A stretch of 63,441 nt of DNA, filler included, from Octopus bimaculoides (taxonomy: Eukaryota), in NCBI RefSeq assembly GCF_001194135.2. It is 3 parts of 3 records of this genome, joined end to end, with 100 filler letters (N's around TTAATTAATTAA, not from the genome) between each part and the next. Parts side by side here need not be neighbours in the genome. Positions count along the whole stretch, not along the records: positions 1 to 29,286 come from NC_068981.1; positions 29,387 to 49,810 come from NC_068988.1; 1 more part is not named here. One strand, written 5' to 3'. This document shows positions 23,601 to 32,172 of this stretch, in pieces. Position 1 is the first letter of the stretch; every line of letters starts with the position of its first letter. The notes under the pieces were generated by a model. The model did no database searches and had not been told where the DNA came from. It saw only the letters and a list, made by a program, of their open reading frames with translations. The position numbers and the translations under genes are program-made.

Positions 23601-26600
23601 TTACCTGCCATATGACGGGTAACACTTTAGCATAACACCAGTTGAAATAAACACTGGAAAGGTCTATACTATGTTGAAGAGGTTCAATAAGACTGAAATA
23701 TAGTCAATCATTACTGTACTTGCATACAAATATCAGTTTAAAACTAAGAATATAAGGTTGAATAATTTCATTACTGCACAATGTATTTTTACAATTTTAA
23801 TATTTTGAGATTGTTGTATCTTTTTATTTTTGATAGATTTTAGCATTAGTATTGAACTTGTTACTTTTCTTCTTACTGCAAAGTACATTTTTGTTCTGTT
23901 CATTAAATATCTTACCATTGCCAAACTAATTGTTAATTAACAATTTCGTTAACAATTTAACTTTTAAGTTAAATTTGGAAATCATTATTGGACTAATTAA
24001 CTTCCATTAACTCGAGTCAACTTCTGTTAACTTCAATTGAATTGAAGTTAATGGATTTTATAGTTTTGGCACTTTTTAAAGGTGTTTTTAGGTGGGTTTT
24101 AGAGCAAAAACTGATTTGATTTTTTTCTTTGATAAAAATTGTTAATGGTTTATTGATAACTTCCATTACAGTTTTAAAGAATTGACTGATTAATGGTTAT
24201 TGAAGTTAACTTTTCGGTTAACAGTTAACGAAGTTAACTTTTCAATTAATGGTGCCCACCTTTCCCTCTTAGCATGGTCTCTTAGCAAGCTGGTTTGCTT
24301 CAGTATTTTAATTTTTACATGTCCTAAGGTGTTAAGCTGGCAGAAACGTTAGCACGCTGGGCGAAATGCTTAGCGGTATTTCATGTCTTTATGTCCTGAG
24401 TTCAAATTCTGCTGAGGTCGACTTTGCCTTTCATCGTACTGGGGTTGATCTAATCGACTGGCCTCCTCCCCAAAATTTTTGTGTCTTGTGCTTACAGTAG
24501 AAGAGAATCTTTACATGTCCTTCAGGTAACTGAAAATTATTTTACTCTCTCTTTAGTGTAGGATCATTTATCTGCACTGCAGCCCCTCTAGGGAAGCCAG
24601 TGTGTACTAAAGACCCTCATGCTATCGAATTTTTATATCATGACATTACAGAAGAATATAAATCTCCAAGTAAGTTCTGACCAAACCATTTCATTCAATT
24701 ATTTCGTTTTATTATGATTCTTCTTTGGAGACTGACTCTGTATTAATTTATTTTAGGTGTCTCAGAGAAGTTCATAGAATTACTCTCGGCCAACCAAGGA
24801 CTCTTTTCTCAATCAGTGAGATTTTTAAAAATTTAATAAATTTTTAACACTTGTCTAGTTCTATAACTTTAGCTCCAGTCGGAGCTGGTCTTTAACATTG
24901 AGGGGGAGACGTGTTTGCTTGACCCTACCCCACCCTTGGGTATTGGCTTGTTTGTTTGACCTTCAGGCACAGGTTTGTTTGTTCCTCCAGAGAAAAGTTC
25001 ATTTGCTTGACACCCCTTCCTGAAAGCTACCCTCCTTATTTGATCCCCCCCCCATCCCGATTAGTTTGCTTGTTTGAATTACGGGTCTTTCATATTTCTT
25101 TGATTTCTATCTTCCCAAAGTCAATGCCAGTCTTTCCTTTATACTTTTAGTGTATAAAAGTAGTGTTTCAAGAGGATTACAATTGTAAAATTGGTGAAAC
25201 TCAAATTATTAAATTCGATTTACGCAATCCAACCCAAGAAATTGTCGAAGTCAACTTTGTGATAGAAGTCCAATCTATTGACTACACCGGACGCGAAATT
25301 TTAATCTTATTTGAAGAACATGTTTCTAACATGGTAATCTCTCCTGGATTATGTAAGTTAACTTCCCTTCATTCTTTGACTGGATCCATGAATCTACCAA
25401 TGGCAATCACTGAAACTGTTTTCTTTGCAGCTCAACCGAACAGTATTTCCATCCGGCCAGAGAAATATGTCCCTGTTTTGCAGAGAGGTTTACCTTATCG
25501 CTTTGCTATGAAATTAATCGTTTATGGTTCCCTTAAAACTTGCAATACGAAATTTGCCTGGACAAAGGTCTTCACTCCTCAGTGGCCAAATTTAGTAATA
25601 AAGGTAAATGCTTACATATGAATTCTTTAATATTGTTTCAGCCATTAGATTGTGGCCATGCTGGGGCACCACCTTGAGTTTTTAGTCAAACAAATCAGTC
25701 CCAGTATACTTTTTAATTTTTAGAGCCTGGTACTTATTCGGTCGGTCTCTTGCCAAACAGTTACAAGGATGTAAACAAACCAATACCAGTTGCCAAGTGG
25801 TATTCTCACACACACACACACAGTTTCTATCTACCAAATCCACCCAAGGCTTTGGTTGGCCTGAAGCTATCATAGAAGACTGTTGCCCAAGGTGCCATGC
25901 AGTGAAACTGAACTCAGAACCAGGTAGTTGGGAAGTAAACTTCCCAACTTTTCTTTTTTTTACATTTCTTAGTTTTAGGGGTCAACTTAAGTTCAACAGT
26001 TAATTCTATTGCCTGGTTACCAAGCTTGACATTACGAATGATGGCACTTGATCTTCATTTGATGTTTTCAGTTGACATTTTGTTATGTGAACGAGGTGAG
26101 TGAAGAAATTAGATAGAAAAGGAGGTGACTAGAGAAAGGTTATACAACCAAACGGATGCTATTCAAAAGAAATGGTCATGGGATATTTAATACAGATTGT
26201 ATTAAAGCTGACCATTATTGGAAACTGTCTTTTGGTTCCCTTTCTAACTCCATTTTTCTATTTGTGGAATGGTGATCAATTCCATGAATGATCATTTTAA
26301 CTTGGTCCTGATCATTTTCTAGAATTTTATCTTATAAGCAAGCCTATATCCATGTATCATCAATGCTACCAAGTTTAATTTCTATCAGGATCAATATAGC
26401 TTGTGGTGTGGTGGTGGTGGGGTGTAACCTCCCCCCCCCCTGGGTCCTCTTGTAGCATTGATCTTTTCCAGCCAGGATATATCTTTAGAAGCCCTACCAG
26501 CCTAACAACTTCCCTTGTCTCCTGTAGCCACCATATCGTTCCTGAGCAACAGCCCCAGAGCAAAAGAGACCCATGTGAGTCATCCTCCCTTGCTCCTCTC

Positions 26601-27755
26601 CTTGCAAGGCCATCCACATGACATCACCAATCCTATACTTCCAGCCTGCCTTAGCCCCATGCATAGAAAAGCTATAGAGTTGACCAAACATACCTGGAGA
26701 TGCAGACTGCAACTCTTTACATTCAGCAGTAAATATGATGGACATCAGCAGACATCAGCAGACATCAAAAGAACTGTTTTAGTTTCAGTATGAGGATAGA
26801 GAGAAGCTTCTAGAAGTTTTCTGAAATTACCCTAAACTCAGAATTTCACCTGTTGACAGATGGTCTTAGTTGCAGCTGGAGACTGTCAGCCAGGTCGTCA
26901 TTATCGCTCTCTCTCTCTCAATCATGAATCTTTTAGTACCATTTCCCTCACCGATAACATAAGAATTCATTCAAACCTGTCTTCTGTCACTCTTACTAGA
27001 CAGCTTTATTGAGCCTGCTAAATCAGACCCAATAATGACCCCCATCTCCTTTATCTAACCCTTTTGTCACCATATTTCTTTTGGGATGCTGTGTATTTCT
27101 TTCAATTATTTTAAATATAACAAAGAATTTAGTAAAATCACTTTGTTATCGTTAAGCTAGTGTTAGGAACATAAATTGTGACTAAGGTTTGGTGGAAGAT
27201 TTTAATTCAAAACTTATGAAAACAAGACATTTGTACTACAGAACCAGAGGTGGTTTCAGCCAGGTTGGTATAAAAAGGGTTGAGAAACAAGGTTTCCCTA
27301 TGCTACCACCATCACCACCACCAACTGTACCATCACAACTGCATTAACTTACAAACTACAGCTGTTTGTCACAATCTAACACACATTTTGAAAAGAAGAT
27401 TCAATCGGTTGCCATACCAGACTGAGTTTCATCCCTCTTTGTGACAATGGAAATAATTGATTGCAGCAACATCACCATCTTCACTCTCCTCCACAGCTAT
27501 CAATAGGCTTTTCATATCTTTTCAGACCTTGTTAACAACTGTTAGATGTCTTTATTTCTCAATCAGTTCGGCCATTTACAATGACATTCCAGACTGACGT
27601 TCACTCATTAAATTTCAGTGTCCTGAGAGGACAACATTAAACGAGACGCTTCCATTGGAATTGACTCTGAAAAACCCGCTTCCAGTTCCGTTGACACACT
27701 GTGAAGTAGTTGTTGACGGTGCTGGTTTAACAAGCATTTTCCAAGGACCTCTGCT
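7188..27755 (+). CDS. Transglutaminase-family gene (protein-glutamine gamma-glutamyltransferase-like), 14 exons, 3' end incomplete
   Basis: Hand-spliced exons with GT-AG boundaries and matching phases total 2144 nt. They encode the beta-sandwich (HHT..LIIRRGLPF, IGEW, LFNPW), the core (GSCW, LGIPARVVT, SIWNFHVW, RPDLP..GW) and barrel domains (DYTG, KNPLPVPL..C..VDGAGL). Confidence 0.93.
7474..7686 (+). CDS. Transglutaminase exon 2 (N-terminal beta-sandwich)
   Basis: tttttctttctag acceptor; encodes ...FLHHTFKF..LIIRRGLPFKIKITF..VLLA; donor g|gtaaga. Confidence 0.9.
7814..8027 (+). mobile_element. tRNA-derived SINE family A, full length
   Basis: A-box-like gctggcagaaacgttagc and B-box-like gagttcaaattcc; multiple copies in the window. 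Confidence 0.88.
9092..9598 (+). mobile_element. hAT (Charlie/Buster-type) non-autonomous element with transposase C-terminal remnant
   Basis: TIR-like ends CAGGGTGTCTCCAAAC / GCTTGGTGACCCCTG and a perfect 8-bp TSD CTCAAGAC. Internal CEQTFSKMK..KSAHRTKLT.HLEAIL matches the hAT dimerisation domain. Confidence 0.88.
9809..10069 (+). CDS. Transglutaminase exon 3
   Basis: ttttgtag acceptor; encodes DSPAPGLDTH...PADCIIGEW...YVLFNPWCE; donor g|gtaacc. Confidence 0.93.
10326..10492 (+). mobile_element. SINE family A, degenerate
   Basis: aaacgcttagcggcattt...gaggtcgacttagcttttcatcc similarity to the other copies. Confidence 0.7.
11283..11566 (+). mobile_element. tRNA-derived SINE family D
   Basis: tRNA-like head ggcgtggcttagtggttagc...gagttcaattcc; body shared with 52896-53258 and 61748-62364. 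Confidence 0.85.
11674..11792 (+). CDS. Transglutaminase exon 4
   Basis: ctctttctgcag acceptor; encodes DQVYLDSADLLEDYVLNE..IFVG..WYTGQ; donor gtaagg. Confidence 0.93.
12920..12959. repeat. (TG)n microsatellite
   Basis: Direct reading. Confidence 0.95.
13174..13284 (+). CDS. Transglutaminase exon 5
   Basis: attttccag acceptor; encodes FDEGVLDLTLYLL...NPVTVVEGLNRM; donor gtaagt. Confidence 0.9.
13322..13505. repeat. 32-bp tandem minisatellite (AACATAGATTGGACGATCTATGAGATTGTCTC), at least 5 copies, interrupted by a gap
   Basis: Identical units at 13322, 13354, 13386 (partial), 13414 (partial), 13443 and 13475 (diverged end). Confidence 0.95.
15703..15874 (+). CDS. Transglutaminase exon 6 (catalytic Cys)
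   Basis: caatttag acceptor; encodes ...LHWYQ..PTAWSSSVEIL..KVQYGSCWTNAALLTT with Cys codon at 15844-15846; donor gtaagt. Confidence 0.92.
16236..16439 (-). pseudogene. Possible CR1/L2-type LINE endonuclease remnant
   Basis: ITESYWD...F..D..GRLPG resembles the ITETWWD...FRRDR.GR.GGG pattern. Confidence 0.35.
17536..17623. repeat. (CA)n microsatellite about 30 nt upstream of the exon 7 acceptor
   Basis: Direct reading. Confidence 0.95.
17655..17799 (+). CDS. Transglutaminase exon 7
   Basis: ttttgcttag acceptor; encodes CRALGIPARVVTSFQSNHD...QSI(W); donor gtaagt. Not in the supplied ORF track. Confidence 0.93.
18041..18377 (+). mobile_element. Retroposon family E (LINE-tail-like, (GAT)n tail) with a triplicated internal module
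   Basis: A gactggctc..gtgc..gtggca..taaaaagcac module occurs three times. Reverse-complement copies at 22117-22500 and 28933-29285. Confidence 0.8.
18561..19079 (+). mobile_element. piggyBac-type MITE interrupted by a 246-bp palindrome
   Basis: Ends ttta|CCCTTTTGGTAC ... GGTAACAAAAGGG|ttaa; body matches 19111-19306. Confidence 0.75.
18757..19002. repeat. 246-bp imperfect palindrome with no spacer
   Basis: Arms are centred on tatattttc|gaaaatata (18879/18880), with only scattered mismatches. Confidence 0.95.
19111..19306 (+). mobile_element. piggyBac-type MITE
   Basis: TTAA on both sides; TIR CCCTTTTGATACC / GGTAACAAAAGGG. Confidence 0.85.
19778..20098. mobile_element. hAT (Charlie-type) MITE
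   Basis: TIR CAGGGCTGGCCAAC / GTTGGCCAGGCCTG; 8-bp flanks gtgtagac / gtctagaa fit the NTCTAGAN target preference. Confidence 0.8.
20231..20331 (+). CDS. Transglutaminase exon 8 (catalytic His and Asp-position residue)
   Basis: tttgcttcag acceptor; encodes [33 protein letters not shown]; donor gtaatt. Confidence 0.94.
20688..22025 (-). mobile_element. Mariner (DD34D) transposon, full size (1338 bp), middle in an assembly gap
   Basis: 24-bp TIRs TCAGGTCATCCC(G/A)TAAGTTCTGTC with one mismatch and TA on both sides. Transposase C-terminus at 20831-21169 has HQDNA and HPPYSTDLAPSDYHLF. Confidence 0.93.
22117..22500 (-). mobile_element. Retroposon family E
   Basis: Reverse complement of 18041-18377. 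Confidence 0.8.
22843..23002 (+). CDS. Transglutaminase exon 9
   Basis: ttgttttcacag acceptor; encodes RNVYGPTPLSLIKEA..YDVNNFFHDLNVE...; donor gtaagt. Confidence 0.9.
23185..23419 (-). mobile_element. SINE family A variant with a LINE-like 3' tail
   Basis: Reverse complement of the family A head and core, plus tail ...tctatgtttat..caataaagaaat. Confidence 0.85.
24326..24509 (+). mobile_element. SINE family A with a 12-bp TSD
   Basis: TTTACATGTCCT at 24314-24325 and 24510-24521. Confidence 0.85.
24557..24669 (+). CDS. Transglutaminase exon 10
   Basis: ctctctctttag acceptor; encodes VGSFICTAAPLG...DITEEYKSP; donor gtaagt. Confidence 0.88.
24757..24815 (+). CDS. Transglutaminase exon 11 (linker)
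   Basis: tttattttag acceptor; encodes VSEKFIELLSANQGLFSQS; donor gtgaga. Phases fit both neighbouring exons. Confidence 0.72.
25151..25352 (+). CDS. Transglutaminase exon 12 (beta-barrel 1)
   Basis: atacttttag acceptor; encodes CIKVVF..IGETQ..LRN...SIDYTG...ISPGL; donor gtaagt. Confidence 0.85.
25431..25603 (+). CDS. Transglutaminase exon 13
   Basis: ttttctttgcag acceptor; encodes ..ISIRPEKYVPVL...FTPQWPNLVIK; donor gtaaat. Confidence 0.85.
25634..25942 (-). mobile_element. Composite tRNA-SINE (head C + internal (TG)n + body B)
   Basis: Matches 60307-60703. Confidence 0.8.
27059..27279 (-). mobile_element. piggyBac-type MITE, inverted copy
   Basis: Reverse complement of 19111-19306; flanks ctaa / ttga are degenerate TTAA. 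Confidence 0.8.
27619..27755 (+). CDS. Transglutaminase exon 14 (beta-barrel 2, first half)
   Basis: aaatttcag acceptor; encodes CPERTTLNETLPLELTLKNPLPVPLTHCEVVVDGAGL; donor gtaagt. Confidence 0.9.
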
Positions 27756-27989
27756 GTAAGTATTGCTTTAGTTTTGGAACACACACACACACTGAAGACA
27801 TTGCCTAACATTACAAGTGCAGAGGCTGCCTTTATCATATACCACACATTTTTATGTCTGTGTTTTTTGGGGCTTTATTTACTAAGCCATATTTCAGCCT
27901 ATTGTAGTTATCAAACCATCTGTTTAATATTCTTTGAAGTTCCTATTTAAATAAGATACAGACTAAAAACTATTTTATATATATATATT

Positions 27990-28126
27990 ACTCTTTAACT
28001 CTTTAACTTGTTTCAGTCATTTGACTGTGGCCATGCTGGAGCACCGCCTTTAGTCAAGCAAATCGACCCCAGGACTTATTCTTTGTTAGCCTAGTACTTA
28101 TTCTATCAGTCTCTTTTGCCGAACCA
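27990..28126 (-). mobile_element. SINE body B 3' fragment
   Basis: ggccatgctggagcaccgcctttagtc... identical motif to 60307-60440. Confidence 0.85.
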
Positions 28127-28284
28127 ACGAAGAAGAAAATGGAGAGTTTTAATAGAGAACTATCAATTTATACAGGCCTACAATTGCTTCCATATTTACC
28201 CTCATTCAAATTACAAATTTATAAATGAAACTTCAACTTACGATGAAAGTAAACAGTTTGTTTTAGAGGCGTTGAGATGTATTG

Positions 28285-28652
28285 AAAGATACAGAAATAA
28301 ATTTTTTTTTATTCTCAAACGTGTGATAATGCTAATAAATAGCGTGATCAGGATAAATTATCCATACATTGCAGAAAATATATTGCCAGCCAGCCAGCCA
28401 TGAGACTCGAACTCACATCCCTGTGATTACGCGCCAAGTGCTTTACCATTAAGCTACATTGCCCAGTAACAAATTCTCAGTTTAGCTTAATGGTAAAGCA
28501 CTTGACACGTAATCACAGGGATGTGAGTTTGAGTCTCATGGTTGGCCAGTAACGTATTTTTCTGCAATGTATGGATAATTGATCCTGATCCCGCTATTTA
28601 TTAGCATTATCACACGTTTGAGAATAAAAAAATTTTTTATTTCTGTATCTTT
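28285..28652. repeat. About 170-bp inverted repeat containing two divergent tRNA-like heads
   Basis: Arms 28285-28456 and 28483-28652 with a 26-nt spacer. Each arm has an A-box TAGCTTAATGG and a B-box-like GAGTT(C/T)GAGTC. Confidence 0.92.
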
Positions 28653-28932
28653 TATAAATTAAAATTGCATGATGAAAATTACTAGGTAGATATTTCTTCA
28701 GGGCAAAAATTGACCCAAAAGAGATTACATTTTCAACTGACTTACCTAAAAAAGACCCCTGAACTCTCTAATGTATTTAATATTAGTGCCCATTAAATAA
28801 TTAACACTAATACCATCATGAAAAGCAGAATTCCTGAAAATCTCACCAATATATAAGATTAAACTGGAGAAGCTTGCATGTAAACATCCCTTCAAAGAGG
28901 AATCTATATCCTCACAATAACTCACATACATA

Positions 28933-29285
28933 CATCATCATCATCATCATCATCGTTTAACGTCCGCTTTGAATGCTAGCATGGGTTGGAAGATTTGACT
29001 GAGGACTGGTGCAACCGGATGGCTACACCAGTCTCCAATGTAATTTGGCAGAGTTTCTACAGCTGGATGCCCTTCCTAACGCCAACCACTCAGAGAGTGT
29101 AGTGGGTGCTTTTACGTGTCACCCGCACGAAAACGGCCACGCTCGAAATGGTGTCTTTTATGTGCCACCCGCACAAGAGCGAGTCCAGGGGCACTGGCAA
29201 CGATCTCACTTGGCTTGCCGGGTCTTCTCACGCACAGCACATTTCCAAAGGTCTCGGTCAGTAGTCATCGCCTCGGTGAGGCCCA
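28933..29285 (-). mobile_element. Retroposon family E
   Basis: (CAT)n followed by the family E sequence. Confidence 0.8.
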
Positions 29286-29386
29286 ANNNNNNNNNNNNNN
29301 NNNNNNNNNNNNNNNNNNNNNNNNNNNNNNTTAATTAATTAANNNNNNNNNNNNNNNNNNNNNNNNNNNNNNNNNNNNNNNNNNNN

Positions 29387-29419
<33 letters not shown>

Positions 29420-29685
29420 TGTATAATATATGTATATAACCGCATATAGCCACACACATACACACACACGTATGCATATGTATACGCATAAATATTGTTT
29501 ACTTCGTACGAAGTGAATGAAAATATATATTCACATCTGTTCCAACGAGAATGGTTAAAAAAATACAATAAGTTTGTCTCACGCATTTTCATATACACCG
29601 TATTGTATGTCTGTGCGTATACATGTATGTATAAACACATAGGTACCTTTCTCTGTCTATTAAATTTTGTGTGTATGAATGTATG

Positions 29686-29716
<31 letters not shown>

Positions 29717-30160
29717 CTATCTATCTATCTATCGATCTAGCTATCTACCTATTTGTATCTATACATACGCGCGTGTGTGTATGTTTGTGTCTCTGTGTGT
29801 ATGTGCGTGTGTGTTTGTGTGTGTCTGCATATGTATGTATGCAGCATGGCTGATTTTCATAAGATCCTCGTTCCATAGTCACGACGTCTCAGATTCATGT
29901 CATCTCGTGCAAATATCATTTCCTTTCCTTCGAAGCAACCCATATACTTTGAATGAAATTAGACAGAGATGGGAACTTCGTAGGACGTTGGATGGATTAC
30001 ACAACTCTGATTGAAAGCAATGATTTGTTACACACTCTTGCACGCTGATCCTTTCTGTGAATTACTTTAAGAGTTTCTGCGTCTGGGAAATAATCAGTTA
30101 CTAGCACTGTATTTCAGTTGATCGAATAGAATCCTATTGTCGAAACCGACGAATAACTAA

Positions 30161-30162
<2 letters not shown>

Positions 30163-30219
<57 letters not shown>

Positions 30220-30228
30220 TGTGTGTGT
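30163..30228. repeat. (TG)n microsatellite
   Basis: Direct reading. Confidence 0.95.
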
Positions 30229-31039
30229 GGCCTCAGTGTCTGTCTTTATTAATGTGATGGTATCTATAAGACTTAAGAAAATAGTTCGTCTTTTGCGTCA
30301 GATATTGCAGGTTGAAGTTTCTTCAATAGTTTAGTATACTTTTGTGGATAAAGATATTCTTTCAGTGGTTATTGTGTTACCTTTGTTGTTGTTGATCCTA
30401 AAATGCATATCAAATGAGTACTTGTGTACGTACCATCATCTGAATAAGCTAATATATAAACTTTATATTATATGTTGTCGAATACCTAACTTAAATCAGT
30501 GTTTCTTCTACATTGAATGAGTAATTACAAACATATATAGAACAAACACGCACACATACAGACGCACGCACACACACAAACACACACATGCACATGAACA
30601 TACACATATATATTATACACAGACACACACACAAGCACAACGACACACGCCCATGTAAAAATAGATATATATCATTAGTCATAGAAAAGCGGGATCCACA
30701 AATGACATGGTATTCAGTAATTTTGAGGGCAGAGTGTATTATTTTATATTGCGAATTTAAGTACTTTATAAGCGATTCGAAAACATATTCCAGTGAACTA
30801 GAATACATACATACATACATAGATACACACATACATACATACGTACGTACGTACGTATGTATGTATGTATGTATGTATGTATGTATGTATGTATGTATTT
30901 ATGTGTGTTTGCATGTATATACAGGTAAGTGGAAGATAAGTAGGCATTAAAAATTGATAATAAAATCCATATTCCTTTTACAAATATTCTGAATCAAATG
31001 ATACATGTTCATTATTATATGAGAAAATGAAAGTGAATC

Positions 31040-31500
31040 TTTATATTTCAACATAAGCACCCGTTACGTCAACCAGTTTCCTCAAACGGCCAGGGATGGA
31101 ATGAACAACCTTCTGAAGGATGTCGTCCGGGATATTATTGAAAAGCTCCTGAATCCGTGTCTCCAAATCCCCCAGTGTGTGAGGTTTTGTCTTGCACACC
31201 ATTTTTGTGTAACACCACAGGTAAATATCACATGGACTTCCAATATCAATTTGGACTTCTTGGAGTTCTGGATTTCTGGACTTCTGCGGTCACAGTCTTC
31301 AGGTTTTGGCTCCAGCACGTAATGGAGTTTCCACGGGCGAAAATTTAATCGTTTATGCGACACTATACATATTGTGTGACTTGTTAATCCACTTTCACGA
31401 GCTGCTTGACGTGTTGACTTTTGCGACCTGCGATTAAACATTTCCTGCACTGCTGCTCCGCTGATCGGGATGTGGATAGGCGGCCACTTCTTGCATCATT
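31040..31500 (-). pseudogene. Tc1/mariner-superfamily transposase remnant with internal deletion
   Basis: F.RRSQKSTRQAARESG..HT...KRLNFRPWK HTH-type motif fused to C-terminal sequence. Confidence 0.6.
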
Positions 31501-31679
31501 CAGAGAGCCTTTTGTAGGCTTACATTTCCATGCACGTCTCCATCTCTGAACCAACACAATGGAATTTCACACTTCATAGCGTGCTGTTATCTAAGCTCGC
31601 TCTTGAACAGTCAAGCGACCAGCCATCTGGAAAATAGATACCATCCGTGTAGCATCTGTTATTCCTTCCCATGACATTC

Positions 31680-31935
31680 ATCTCTTATGTCCCAGCCGTA
31701 AGGCTTCACTTCCATACACGCCAGCTTAATTTAATTCGTCCTTAGTCGAAAGACACCTGTTGGTAATGTCCTGTTGTTTGTATTTGTAATTTTATACCGT
31801 TTCTTCTTTTTTCCGTCCTTGTATTCGTATACATTCGCTTGCTTTCTTCTAAGGAATCTAGTGCTCTTAGCTTAGATTTTCTTGGGACCGGCCAGATTGG
31901 AGCAGTCTCAAGTGTAACCGGCGGAAACTTCTGAG
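31680..31935 (-). repeat. Dispersed repeat, inverse copy of 37460-37720 (possibly Penelope-related)
   Basis: Shared aagtctaagctaagagca..aattacaaatacaaac..caacaggtgtctttcga..agctggcgtgtatg. Confidence 0.75.
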
Positions 31936-32109
31936 GGCTCCGAATGGCCCGTCCTTGTTTTTTCCAGTCCTTTTTTGTATCGTCTAACTCTCCGGATGTT
32001 TTGTTCTCGCCTGTTTCGTTCTTGTTCCATTTATTGTTTTCTTTTATACACANNNNNNNNNNNNNNNNNNNNNNNNNNNNNNNNNNNNNNNNNNNNNNNN
32101 NNNNNNNNN

Positions 32110-32146
<37 letters not shown>

Positions 32147-32172
32147 CATAAATAGTCAGAAAGTAGAGGAAG

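Noticed and set aside
25163-25621. 152-aa ORF as a stand-alone gene or single exon
   Set aside because: It is TGase exons 12 and 13 plus a stop-free 78-nt intron with strong splice signals.
26375-26793. Cluster of overlapping short ORFs
   Set aside because: No coherent protein motif or splice phase fit with the TGase gene; at most a decayed LINE fragment.
28702-28762. Candidate last TGase exon (AKIDPKEITFSTDLPKKDP*)
   Set aside because: The phase fits but it is too short and lacks convincing barrel-2 similarity; left unannotated.
29331-29342. TTAATTAATTAA island between N runs (also at 49855-49866)
   Set aside because: Looks like an artificial six-frame-stop linker inserted by the assembly pipeline; not biological.
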